Shown here in pieces: positions 1 through 9,430 of a stretch of DNA of 64,000 bases. A program made the position numbers and the translations under genes. The stretch is from the NCBI GenBank assembly GCA_039208735.1, contig JBCCQY010000001.1:1-64000 (forward strand), read 5' to 3'. The notes below the pieces were generated by a model. It was not told the origin of the DNA and did not search any database. It saw only the letters and a list, made by a program, of their open reading frames with translations. Each line of letters opens with the position of its first letter. Position 1 is the stretch's first letter. Origin of the DNA: Myxococcota bacterium. GTDB taxonomy: Bacteria; Myxococcota_A; UBA796; GCA-2862545.

Positions 1-1744
1 ACCGTTCCGCCGCGGCCTGGTCCAGACCCTCGGTGCGATCCACGTGGGCCAAACGTCGGGCCAGCGTCGTAAGCTCATGGATGCAGTCCCCGTTCTCCTC
101 ATCGGTGGTGCGAATGCGCTCGAAGATGCCGTAGGCACGCTCGTAGAACGCGCGAGGGGCCGGGGCTGCTTCGCCCAGACGCCGTTGCGCGAGACCGGCG
201 TCCCAATCCAAACTGTCGGGCACAACCGGTTGCTCGGCGTCGCGCTTCCGTTGGGCCTCTTCGATCTTGTTGGCGACGTCTCGGCGTTCGACCACACGAT
301 CGCGGTAGCCCAAAGCCTCGAGGGCATCCCCATGCCGCCGAGCCACCTCGGCCAGTCGGCGTGTCCAGGTCATCCGGTCGGGGTCGGCCAACACCACAGT
401 CCTTAAGCCCAAGAAGGCTCGATGAAGAGCCTTCTGAGCCGCTTGGGCATCGCCGAGCCGAAGATGGAGGGCCCCCACGGACCCCGCGCACGAAGCGAGC
501 CAGTAGTCATCGACCTCGTCGCGATCGTCCTCGGCGAGCTTCGCAAGCATCTCTTCGCACGTGCCGTAGTGCCGGATCGCCTTGCCGAACTCCCCCTGTT
601 GCGCGAACGAACGACCAAGCCGCTCGTGGATGCGCGCGAGCGCTTGCTCGTCTGAAGGTCGCCGCTTGGCTTCGGGGAGTTGCGTGGCGATGGCCCGCGC
701 TGCCTCCAATGCCTCACGAGCCTCTGCTAGCGTCGCGATTCGCCCTAGTTCGCTCGCGAGGGCGAGGTGCAACGACCGCTGGAGGCGTTGGGTGCGGGCC
801 TTTTTGCCCTCGAGCGCCTCGAGGGCCACGGTTTCCTCCAACGCACGTTTCGTCCATTTGTGGGCGGTCCGGGTTGAGCCTTCGTCGGAGTACAGCCGGC
901 CCATGGACCGCAGGGTGTAGGCGAGTTGACTCGACCAGTGCACCTTGCGTCCGGGATGGGTCGCCTCCGCCTTGAGTTCGACCAACAAGGGACGCTGGGT
1001 GTGAAACGACTCAAGGGCTCGCTCCCAGTCCCCCACGACCTCTTGGGCATACCCAAGGCGGCCTAAGGCTTCGGCACGTTCACGCCTGGACGGCGCAGTT
1101 CGCAACGAAGCATAAGCCGCCTCCAGGCTCAACTGCTTGTTGGCGGTGCGGGAAAGTAGCCACGCCAACAAGGCCCATTCCCGATGGGCGGTCGGGTCCA
1201 CCGCGGTTGCCCATACCAATCGTGCGATGGCCTCATTGCGGGAAAGGACGTCTCGACGCCACCCTTCGACGGCCAGCTGGGCGGTGACGCGGGCATCCGT
1301 GACGGTCTGGGCTTCGTCGTGTTGGCTCGACCGATCCATCCATCGAAGCAGTCCGCGCGTGCGATTGGCATTGTGCCAGGACAGCATCTGATGCGCATCG
1401 GGGAGCCGTTTCAGATGGGTCACCGCTTCCCGCAAGCCCTCGATGGCCAAGGCGTAATCTGGGTCGGCGTCCGTGAGGCCTTCGACGATGGTGCGTCGCA
1501 GGGCGGTCAGCTTTTTGCTGGGTCCTTTGGACTTTCGGGTAGACGTTGCCGTTCGTTTGGCAAGCTCGGCCTCGAGTTCCGCCCATTCGGGACGGCCGTT
1601 GTTCCGCGACAGCGCACGTTCGGTCAACGGTGAGGTTGCCAGGGCCTCCCATGCCGCGGCATCGGTGGCCGAGGGTTCGGAACCTGCCGTGGCCACATTG
1701 CCGAGCCACAGCGCAAGCCCCAACCCAAGGTGCCAAGTCCCCAT
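1..1744 (-). CDS. Secreted TPR-like alpha-helical repeat protein; 3' end runs off the left edge of the window
   Basis: Absent from the ORF track because it has no stop in the window. My translation from ATG 1744 (GGAGG upstream) stays open to the edge: MGTWHLGLGLALWLGNVATAG... signal peptide, then TPR-like segments (AEALGRLGYAQEVVGDWERALESF; LARIHERLGRSFAQQGEFGKAIRHY). Confidence 0.8.
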   Translation of the reverse strand, partial: MGTWHLGLGLALWLGNVATAGSEPSATDAAAWEALATSPLTERALSRNNGRPEWAELEAELAKRTATSTRKSKGPSKKLTALRRTIVEGLTDADPDYALAIEGLREAVTHLKRLPDAHQMLSWHNANRTRGLLRWMDRSSQHDEAQTVTDARVTAQLAVEGWRRDVLSRNEAIARLVWATAVDPTAHREWALLAWLLSRTANKQLSLEAAYASLRTAPSRRERAEALGRLGYAQEVVGDWERALESFHTQRPLLVELKAEATHPGRKVHWSSQLAYTLRSMGRLYSDEGSTRTAHKWTKRALEETVALEALEGKKARTQRLQRSLHLALASELGRIATLAEAREALEAARAIATQLPEAKRRPSDEQALARIHERLGRSFAQQGEFGKAIRHYGTCEEMLAKLAEDDRDEVDDYWLASCAGSVGALHLRLGDAQAAQKALHRAFLGLRTVVLADPDRMTWTRRLAEVARRHGDALEALGYRDRVVERRDVANKIEEAQRKRDAEQPVVPDSLDWDAGLAQRRLGEAAPAPRAFYERAYGIFERIRTTDEENGDCIHELTTLARRLAHVDRTEGLDQAAAER

Positions 1745-1766
1745 TTCGATCCTCCCCAGCGGGAGG

Positions 1767-3044
1767 CTACTCGATTTGGGTTTCGCATGTGGCAAACTTC
1801 CGAGGTGGAGCCACCGGTCGAGGTTCGACGAATTGTCCCTGAGCGTCGAAGTCGAAGGCTTCCATCGCGTCTTCGGTCATGCGGGCCAGGTCGAGGGCGG
1901 GGGAGTTTGCCGTGGTGCACACGGTGATGGTGTCTCCAATGCTGCAGGCGAAGCTGTAGAGCGGCGTGCTGCTGGGCACATTGAAGAAGCTCATGTCGTC
2001 GACCGACTGGGAAAGCCCGGTATCGGGTTCGAAGAAGGCGGGACTAAACAGCGCGTCGACCACCTGCCCCTTGAAGAACGACTCGACCTCGATCGTGTTG
2101 GCGAGGTGGTAGAGCCCGACAACATCGAGCCGGCGTCGCCGCATCTGGCGGTGCACCCGGCGGGCTGCGGTGTCGAGATCGTCGCCACGATGCACGTCCA
2201 CGGCGACCATCGAGTAGTTGTTGCGGAATCGCTTGGATTGGAGCCCCACGATGACCCCGATGCGTACGCGCTTGCGGTGCGGAGGGAGCCATTGCAACAC
2301 CTTCTTTCCGTACATGGCCACGATGGCCGCGCTGAAAGGGACGTTGAGCCTGTCTTTGAGGGCCTTGATGTCGGCGGTACGCCAACGGTGCTTCACCACC
2401 GTTTGTCGGTCGTCGGGACCCCCGGCGGGCAGGGTGCGGTAGGTGAGCGCGCGCCATCCGAGTCGGTAGGCCGTTGCGATGACCGCGAGTTCGTCGAGCA
2501 GCGGCCGAAAGCGGTCCTTCAGCAGCCACTTGCTCGAGAACGGCTTGGCCGTGATGGTGGGCGCAAGGCACTCGTTGACGACCCGGATGCCGTCCCAACA
2601 GGTGTGGTCGAAGAGCACTCCGAACTGACGGCGTCCGCGGTGGATGCGCACCACGATGTCGCGCTGTTGGGGGTCGCTGACTGCGTAGAACGCTTCGTCG
2701 GTGTCGACTTCGTCCACGAGCGTGTCGACCGTGACGTCGGTGCGCCACACCCAGCGTCCTCGATCGACATCGACGCCTCGGCGCCACGAACTTCGTGTGT
2801 CGGTGAGTTGTTGGGCGAGGTTTGCGCGGAGTTGTCGGACGACGTCGTCGAATACGGCATCATCGGTGGTGCCAAAGGACACGGCAAAGGCGCTGTAGGC
2901 ACGTACGCCATTGCGGCGGGCCCAGCGCAGCATGAACAGGTCGCTGCCCTGAATCGTGTTGGGCTGTAGGACGTGCACCCAGATCCGGCGTGCGGCGAGT
3001 GCGGCGATCGCGAAAGAATGCCCGGCAATCAGTGAGTTGAGCAT
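1767..3044 (-). CDS. CoA-dependent acyltransferase superfamily protein (condensation / WS-DGAT-like)
   Basis: C-terminal part of ORF 1767..3686; ATG 3044 follows GAGG. Contains FDHTCWDG (HxxxDG motif) and DIKALKDRLNVPFSAAIVA, which resembles the WS/DGAT second domain. Confidence 0.6.
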   Translation of the reverse strand: MLNSLIAGHSFAIAALAARRIWVHVLQPNTIQGSDLFMLRWARRNGVRAYSAFAVSFGTTDDAVFDDVVRQLRANLAQQLTDTRSSWRRGVDVDRGRWVWRTDVTVDTLVDEVDTDEAFYAVSDPQQRDIVVRIHRGRRQFGVLFDHTCWDGIRVVNECLAPTITAKPFSSKWLLKDRFRPLLDELAVIATAYRLGWRALTYRTLPAGGPDDRQTVVKHRWRTADIKALKDRLNVPFSAAIVAMYGKKVLQWLPPHRKRVRIGVIVGLQSKRFRNNYSMVAVDVHRGDDLDTAARRVHRQMRRRRLDVVGLYHLANTIEVESFFKGQVVDALFSPAFFEPDTGLSQSVDDMSFFNVPSSTPLYSFACSIGDTITVCTTANSPALDLARMTEDAMEAFDFDAQGQFVEPRPVAPPRKFATCETQIE

Positions 3045-3218
3045 CGCGTTCCTCGAGAGGTGGCTTGACGCGTTCCCTGGGTTTGTCGCCTCTGCAGGTC
3101 GAACGGGAATGGGTGCGCCATGAAATCGACGTGAATCGAGAGCGACGGAGTGTCGACCGTCCCGCGAGCGTCGCGTAGGTTGCTCAGAGGACGGGCCGAG
3201 CGCCCCGAAGGTGACAAG

Positions 3219-4589
3219 ATGATTCTCGACTCGGTTCTCGATGCTGTTGGGCAAACCCCGATGGTGCAGCTGTCCCGGATTGCACGGGACCTTCCCTGTG
3301 AGCTTTTCGGTAAGTTGGAATTCATGAATCCCGGTGGGTCGATCAAGGATCGCATCGGGGTCCGCATGCTCGTCGAGGCCGAGCGCCGTGGCGACATCAA
3401 GCCTGGCGACACCCTCATCGAGCCCACCAGCGGCAACACGGGGATTGGGCTGGCCATGGCCGCCGCGGTGCGCGGCTACCGCATGATCATCTGCATGCCC
3501 GAAAAGATGAGCCGCGAAAAGCAGGTCGTGCTCGAAGCCTTGGGCGCCGAGATCATTCGCACGCCCACCGAAGCGGCGTTCGATTCGCCAGAAAGCCACA
3601 TCAGCGTGGCCCGGCGCCTCAAGGAAGTCCTGCCGCAGGCTCACATCCTCGACCAGTACGGCAACGCCGACAACCCAGGGGCCCATGAGGAAACGACGGC
3701 GAAGGAGATCCTCGAGCAGACTGAGGGTCGCATCGATGCCTTCGTCGCCGGTGCAGGAACCGGGGGCACGCTCACGGGTGTAGCTCGCATCCTCAAACGG
3801 GAGGTTCCAAACTGCATGATCGTGGGTGTCGACCCTGAAGGGTCCATCCTTGCGGGACCGGACAAGGTTCGGAGCTACAAGGTCGAAGGCATTGGCTACG
3901 ACTTCATCCCCGATGTGCTGGATCGCGGCCTGGTCGATCGGTGGGTCAAGACGAACGATGCAGATGCCTTCCGGCTCGCCCGGCAGCTCATCCGTCAGGA
4001 AGGCTTGTTGTGCGGGGGATCGAGTGGGTCGGCCCTCTGTGGCGCCATCGAAGTGGCCCGTGAGCTGCCTGCGGGAAGCCGGATCGTGGTCATCCTTCCC
4101 GACTCGGTCCGCAACTACATGACCAAGTTCGTGGACAACGGGTGGATGCGTCAGAACGGCTTCATCGATGGCTCGACCACGCTTGGCACCATCGCTGAAG
4201 TGGTGCGCGCCTTGCCGCCCAAGAACGTCATCACGATCGAAGACGACAAGTCGCTTGGGTATGCGGTGGGCGTGTTCAAGCAGAACGGCATTAGCCAGGT
4301 TCCCTGCGTCACCGGCGACCGGCTGAGTGGGATTGTCACCGAAAGCGACGTGCTCCGCTTCCTCGTCGAGGGCCGCGACATCCAGACGCCACTCGCCGAA
4401 ATCATGGTACGCAAGGTGTCAACCGTGCACCCTCACGAAGATGCCTCGGTGTTGCCGGAGTTGTTCGAGCGAGGGGAGGTTGCGATCGTGATCGACGAAG
4501 AGCGTCACGTCACGGCGGTGCTCACCAAGATGGACTTCATCGATCTGGTCTCGCAGCGGCGCAACTTGTCGGGCTACTCACGAACCTGA
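3219..4589 (+). CDS. cbs: Cystathionine beta-synthase (PLP fold II plus C-terminal CBS domain pair)
   Basis: KLEFMNPGGSIKDR (PLP lysine), EPTSGNTG, GAGTGGT, YKVEGIGYDFIP, DSVRNYMTKF, followed by two CBS repeats. Confidence 0.92.
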   Translation: MILDSVLDAVGQTPMVQLSRIARDLPCELFGKLEFMNPGGSIKDRIGVRMLVEAERRGDIKPGDTLIEPTSGNTGIGLAMAAAVRGYRMIICMPEKMSREKQVVLEALGAEIIRTPTEAAFDSPESHISVARRLKEVLPQAHILDQYGNADNPGAHEETTAKEILEQTEGRIDAFVAGAGTGGTLTGVARILKREVPNCMIVGVDPEGSILAGPDKVRSYKVEGIGYDFIPDVLDRGLVDRWVKTNDADAFRLARQLIRQEGLLCGGSSGSALCGAIEVARELPAGSRIVVILPDSVRNYMTKFVDNGWMRQNGFIDGSTTLGTIAEVVRALPPKNVITIEDDKSLGYAVGVFKQNGISQVPCVTGDRLSGIVTESDVLRFLVEGRDIQTPLAEIMVRKVSTVHPHEDASVLPELFERGEVAIVIDEERHVTAVLTKMDFIDLVSQRRNLSGYSRT

Positions 4590-4747
4590 CGTCCCTCCTC
4601 GTTCGTCGAGCGCATCATGGGTGCTCGTGTGCTCAGTCCCAACGGATGACTTCCCTGTGGCTCGACCACCCCGGACGAGGCATCGACGAACACTGTGCAC
4701 ATTTCTTGCACATCCGCCGCATAGCCTCGACCCGGAGGGCCGCATCG

Positions 4748-5275
4748 ATGGACGCCTTGCCCAGACCCCCGTCGGCGTGGTCATGGAACGTTGACTGGAT
4801 GGTCTTCGGCGCGCTCAGTGGAGCGCTTGCGGGGCTCCCCTTTTGGCTCATCGGGTTGCTTACCCCGCCTCATCCCGAGGGACCGTGCTCAGGGGGCCCA
4901 CCGTCCTATGTCGTCGCGTTCATCTCGCACCATGCCACGATCATCGCGCTGCTGGGTGCGCTCGGACTCGCGGCGGGAGAAGCGATCCGGCGAATGTCCC
5001 AGTGGACGTCGAGCGGGCTCCGAGGTCTCGGTGTGGTCGGACTCGCCCTGGCGTGGGCCGGAGCGGGTTGGGGGAGCCTCTACGCAATCGGAGCGAAGGA
5101 TTGGCTTCGCATCTGGTGCGCCCAGCTGGTCATGGACCAGGCCTTGTGGTTCGGTCTGGCTTATCTCTGGACGCGGCGGAACGGCCGGCGGCGCACCTGG
5201 CTGTACCCCATGATCGTCGTGAGTGCGTTGGTGGTCGGACCCGTCTGCTTGTGGGGCAGCGGGCTCCGCCTATAG
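4748..5275 (+). CDS. Hypothetical integral membrane protein (about 5 hydrophobic segments)
   Basis: ATG 4748 after GGAGG; several hydrophobic stretches; fills the gap between flanking genes. Confidence 0.6.
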   Translation: MDALPRPPSAWSWNVDWMVFGALSGALAGLPFWLIGLLTPPHPEGPCSGGPPSYVVAFISHHATIIALLGALGLAAGEAIRRMSQWTSSGLRGLGVVGLALAWAGAGWGSLYAIGAKDWLRIWCAQLVMDQALWFGLAYLWTRRNGRRRTWLYPMIVVSALVVGPVCLWGSGLRL

Positions 5276-5292
5276 GCCTCGAGCGCCTGGCG

Positions 5293-6393
5293 CTACCGCG
5301 TCCTGACGTTCTGAGCGTACTGCTCCGCCGGTGCAAGGACCTCGTCGAGTGAACCCAGGAGGTGAGCGGTATCCGTATAGGCAAACAGGTCAAGGAACCA
5401 AGGGTAGCGCCGGAAACTGTCCAGCATGCCGGGTTGCCGTTGATCGCGAAGGATGAGCGGCCGAATCGGTAATGAAGGATAATCAGGCACGATCGCCTGG
5501 AGTTCCATGAGAACGGAACGGGCGTCCGAGAGGTCGGCAATGAGGAACCGGGCCATGCCGGCGAGTAGCCGGATGGTCTCCATGGTGTCTCGACTGTGCG
5601 CTTTGTCGAAATCAAACACCACGGGAATGACGTCAAAGGGCTCCTTGCGAAGCGTGGCGCGGAGTTCGTTGAGCACCGCTTTGCGCTCGGCGGTGAACCG
5701 ACCAATGATGAGCACCACCTTGGCCGTCACGGTGTCGATGACCCCGCGCAACCGCTCGCTTCGTTGCATCACATCGAGAAACTGAGCCAGTTCGATGTTG
5801 TCGATGGTGACCACGGACTCGTTAAACGGCGTGATGATGAGGTCTTCCTGCTCCGCGGTTTCGAGGCCGCGGAGGCCCCATGCGGACACGCCGTAGACGC
5901 GTGCGTTCGACAGACGGGCCCGCGACAGTTCGGCCTGCACGAGGTTGGCGAAGTTCAAGGTGGCACCTCGCAGGTCGGCCCCGGTGAGCGTCGTCCGATG
6001 CAGCTTTGCACCGGCCAAGTTGGCCTTCTGTAGGTTGGCATCCGTCAGGTCGCAGTCGGTCAGATCGACGTTGCGAAGGTCGGCATGCGTGAAGGTCGCC
6101 CCGCGGAGCCGACCCATGCCAAAGTCCGCCCATCGTCCGTTGATTCGGTCAAATCTGGTCTCCTCGGCCACGACACCCCGCAACCGGGCGTGGCTCAAGT
6201 CCGCTTCGTGGAGGTCGGAGGACGAAAGGTCGGCCTTGCGCAGGTTGGCGTTGTCGAGCTTCGCTCCCGTCAGATCGATGTGTGTGAGGCGAGAGTCGTA
6301 CAATGACGGCGTTTCTTTTGGATTTTCCAGCCGTCGGGCATTCCACTCGGCGACGCTCTTTTTCAAGAGGCGAACGTGGGTGCGATTGGCCAT
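5293..6393 (-). CDS. Pentapeptide-repeat protein with a C-terminal Rossmann-like (TIR / nucleoside deoxyribosyltransferase-like) domain
   Basis: A(D/N)Lxx repeats (ANLRK ADLSS SDLHE ADLSH ... ANLQK ANLAG); C-terminal KVVLIIGRF...PVVFDF...RFLIADLSDARSVLMEL. Confidence 0.85.
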   Translation of the reverse strand: MANRTHVRLLKKSVAEWNARRLENPKETPSLYDSRLTHIDLTGAKLDNANLRKADLSSSDLHEADLSHARLRGVVAEETRFDRINGRWADFGMGRLRGATFTHADLRNVDLTDCDLTDANLQKANLAGAKLHRTTLTGADLRGATLNFANLVQAELSRARLSNARVYGVSAWGLRGLETAEQEDLIITPFNESVVTIDNIELAQFLDVMQRSERLRGVIDTVTAKVVLIIGRFTAERKAVLNELRATLRKEPFDVIPVVFDFDKAHSRDTMETIRLLAGMARFLIADLSDARSVLMELQAIVPDYPSLPIRPLILRDQRQPGMLDSFRRYPWFLDLFAYTDTAHLLGSLDEVLAPAEQYAQNVRTR

Positions 6394-6555
6394 GATGGGG
6401 CTCCGGGTTGGGTGAAACCAGCATGGCGGGTGCGACGGCTTGCCAAAATAGTTGTTTAGCAGTTTCTTGCAAAAACGTCTTTGCCCGCTGGAAACCGTGG
6501 AGAAACAGCCGAACCGATACAGTCGGTCCGCCACTCACCCACGGAGCCCGAACCT

Positions 6556-8220
6556 ATGTCGAAGGTCCTTTCGCCCTGCCTCATCGCCCTCGCCCTCGCC
6601 AGCTCGACCGCCAGCGCGGCGGACGTGGCCTACGTTGGCGTGTCGAGTCAGGTAGCGACCATTCTCTCAGCCGAAGGCCACCGCGTCACGCGTGTCACGC
6701 TCGGCCCTGGCGCCCTGGTCGATCCCCAGGGACGTCCAACGCATGACGTACTCGTCGTAGGCCGCGCCGGAACCTCGCAGACCTCGGCCGATGCGGTCGC
6801 CGAGTTCATCGCGGCGGGAGGCCACGTCGTCACGGAGTGGATGGGTTCTGCCTACGTCTTTGATGCCCTCGCGCCCGACATTCGGTTCCCCATTGCGCAG
6901 TCGGGGGTGTTCCAGGGCACGGTGCACGCGGGCTACTCGCTGGCCACCAACCATCCGGTCGACTTCACGAACCCTGGGCATCCGTTGGTTCGGGGCCTGG
7001 TGAATCCCCTTCGTGAGCAGGGTGGATCGGAGTTCTTCTTCTGGGTCGACAATCTTGATCCCCAGCTCGAAGTGATCGCAACCATCCGCGGGAATGGCCG
7101 GCGAGGATTTCCCGTCCAGGACCTGCCGGTATTGATGGCGGGGTGTGCGCGGGATGCATCGGTCGTGGTGGCGACGTGGGACTGGCAGGACAACCTGCGT
7201 GGTGCCAACGCGGATTTCCTCGTCAATGCAGTGGACTACGTGGTGACAGATTCGTGTGCGATCGACACGAGCCCACCCGTCATCGAGCCGCCCGCCGATG
7301 AGACGGTCTCGTCGTGCACCGAGACGCGACCGGTCACCCTGACGCCGCCGCCCGCGACCGACGACGAAGGGGAGGTCACGGTGACGGGCACTGTGGTGGG
7401 CATCAACGGCTCGCCGGTCGACTTAGCCATCGACGGCCCGGTGACGCTGCCGATTGGCGAGGCGGTGGTGCTGTGGACCGCGACCGATGCCGCGGGCAAC
7501 CCCTCGACGGTGCAGCAGACGGTGCGGGTGGCTCCGGCGATCGTTGGAGTGGACCGCCTGAGGGTGTCGGACCGCGCCGCGACGGATGCGGTCGTGGCGT
7601 CTTACGGCCAGGCGGAAATCGGCGCCGACACCACGACGGGCTCGGTGCTCGCACTGGGTGACATCGTGGCTCGGAGTCGCGCGCTGTCCATGGGCGACGT
7701 GGTGAGTGCGGGCGAGGTTCGTTCCCAGCGCGGTGCGCGCGCCACGGGCGACGTGTTGTCGTTCACTGACCCGAACTTGCCGACCCTCGATCTGGAGCGG
7801 TCGACGATGCCTCCCGAGGAGCCATTGATCAGCCTCTTTGTGAACTCGGGCACGACCGAGGAGCTACGACCCGGTGCCTATGGGCAGGTCGTGGTGAATT
7901 CCGGGGGCATCCTGGTGCTCAAGGAAGGCGAATATACGTTCGTCAACCTTTCGGTGCAGACAGGTGGGCACGTCGAGGTCGGTGGTGCCACCATCGTCAC
8001 CGAGGACTTCACGTGGCGCGGGACCCAGACCGCACCACTGGACATCGAGGTTCGAGGTTCGGGCTGGTCGGCGATCGAGGCGGACTTCCTGGGCCGGATC
8101 TTCGCGCCCGAGACCTCGGTTCGCATCTCGGGAGCCGCGAGCCAATTCACGGGAGAAGTGCTTGCCGGCCGCCTCTGGATCGAGCCCGACGTCACGCTGG
8201 TGTGTGAAGACGGTCGGTAA
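6556..8220 (+). CDS. Secreted multidomain protein (N-terminal alpha/beta domain, HYR/Ig-like domain, C-terminal beta-solenoid-like region)
   Basis: Signal peptide MSKVLSPCLIALALASSTASA; HYR-like DTSPPVI...PATDD...LPIGEAVVLWTATDAAGNPSTVQQTVRV; repetitive beta-rich C-terminus (LRPGAYGQVVVNSGGILVLKEGEYTF). Confidence 0.75.
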   Translation: MSKVLSPCLIALALASSTASAADVAYVGVSSQVATILSAEGHRVTRVTLGPGALVDPQGRPTHDVLVVGRAGTSQTSADAVAEFIAAGGHVVTEWMGSAYVFDALAPDIRFPIAQSGVFQGTVHAGYSLATNHPVDFTNPGHPLVRGLVNPLREQGGSEFFFWVDNLDPQLEVIATIRGNGRRGFPVQDLPVLMAGCARDASVVVATWDWQDNLRGANADFLVNAVDYVVTDSCAIDTSPPVIEPPADETVSSCTETRPVTLTPPPATDDEGEVTVTGTVVGINGSPVDLAIDGPVTLPIGEAVVLWTATDAAGNPSTVQQTVRVAPAIVGVDRLRVSDRAATDAVVASYGQAEIGADTTTGSVLALGDIVARSRALSMGDVVSAGEVRSQRGARATGDVLSFTDPNLPTLDLERSTMPPEEPLISLFVNSGTTEELRPGAYGQVVVNSGGILVLKEGEYTFVNLSVQTGGHVEVGGATIVTEDFTWRGTQTAPLDIEVRGSGWSAIEADFLGRIFAPETSVRISGAASQFTGEVLAGRLWIEPDVTLVCEDGR

Positions 8221-8327
8221 GCCCGTGACGTTGCGTGCCCTCCCACTCCGTTAAACGGGCTCGTCGCTTGGGGGGCAGGGGCGGTTTCGTCCCCGCCTGG
8301 CGGCCACCTGCGACCGTGGAGGGCGCT

Positions 8328-9383
8328 TTGTCGCTCAATAAGATCGAAGATCTGCGGGTCGTCCTCGAGGATGCATGGCTCGAGGGACGCGACTCGGCCG
8401 TCGAACGGATCGGGGTGGAGCTGGCTCGCACCCTGGGGGTGGCACAAGCAGGAGCGGATCGCCACGGACCCTGGATTCGCATCGACATTGGCGCCGCGTC
8501 GCTGCGCATGCGCTGGGTGGGACCCGGTCGTCTCCGGGCCGCAGTGCAGCGCGTCGAGTTGACGACGGGACGATGGGTGGCCGAGACGCCCATTTCGCGA
8601 GGATTGTGGGGCGAACTCATGGACGAGGTGCCCCAAGGCGCCCCAGAGCTGCCCTATTCGGGCCTTTCCTGGTCCGACGCCCAGCACCTGTGCCGCCAGA
8701 TCGCCATGTTCGTTCCCGCACTCCAACCTCGTCTGCCAAGCCTCGCGGAGTGGACCTTCGCGATGGAGAACACGAAGACCCGTCGTACCCAAGAAGAGTG
8801 GTGCCACGACGCGGTCTCTGCCTTTGAGCCGATCACGCCGTTTGAGCCACAGGACCCCCTTGGTCGGACGGGCGGGCACCGCGTGCTCGCAGGCTTCGAT
8901 GCGGATGGGCTGCCCGCTTACCGTCCCGCCTGGGGCCGCCAACCCAAGGCGACGTTGCGCGTCGTAGGAGGGGCCCCGCTAGTGAGAGATGCGTCTGAGG
9001 CGGAGTATGCGCGGGCCTACCGCATTGCGCTCCAATTGGGCCGCATCTCGCCCCCGGAGGTCGTCGCGTGGCTGAATGGACGCTCTGGCCTCCACGCAAG
9101 CGCGGCGACCGATGCGTCGTTGTCCAACGCCCTTCTCGCCTACGAACAGGCCCTGAATACGGTCCCGCGTGCAGTGGTGGTGGCACGGCGGGTGCTGGGC
9201 CTGTGGCTTCAAGATCTCGAGCTGCGAGGCGTACGGCACGAGTCCATCGATGACCTGATTGCCCGCCTTCGGCCGTGGGTGGATTTTGATCATCCAGACC
9301 TGGTTGATGAACGGGGAACCTCGATCTTTGCTCTTGGGAACGACGACCAGCTCGTGCCTTGGCTACGCGACGTGGGGCGCTGA
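8328..9383 (+). CDS. Degenerate FGE-sulfatase (SUMF1 / C-type lectin fold) domain protein with an unknown C-terminal helical domain
   Basis: TTG after GGAGG. LRMRWVGPGR...VELTTGRWVAETPIS...PYSGLSWSDAQHLC...RLPSLAEWTFA...EEWCHD matches FGE-family motifs (RLPTEAEWEYA, EWC). Confidence 0.65.
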   Translation: MSLNKIEDLRVVLEDAWLEGRDSAVERIGVELARTLGVAQAGADRHGPWIRIDIGAASLRMRWVGPGRLRAAVQRVELTTGRWVAETPISRGLWGELMDEVPQGAPELPYSGLSWSDAQHLCRQIAMFVPALQPRLPSLAEWTFAMENTKTRRTQEEWCHDAVSAFEPITPFEPQDPLGRTGGHRVLAGFDADGLPAYRPAWGRQPKATLRVVGGAPLVRDASEAEYARAYRIALQLGRISPPEVVAWLNGRSGLHASAATDASLSNALLAYEQALNTVPRAVVVARRVLGLWLQDLELRGVRHESIDDLIARLRPWVDFDHPDLVDERGTSIFALGNDDQLVPWLRDVGR

Positions 9384-9430
9384 TCCCCCAAGGGTCGAGG
9401 TTCGTTAGAGGTCGTCTCTCAGGAGATGAC

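Noticed and set aside
1473..2969. 498-aa plus-strand ORF
   Set aside because: Antisense shadow of the acyltransferase gene; no motifs; expected in GC-rich DNA.
3045..3218. SAM or other sulfur-related riboswitch upstream of cbs
   Set aside because: No recognisable SAM-I/II or SAH core motifs by eye.
4694..4712. Sigma54 promoter or NtrC site at TGTGCA-CATTTCT-TGCACA
   Set aside because: Lacks the invariant GG at -24, and the spacing does not fit the NtrC dyad. It remains only an unassigned palindrome.
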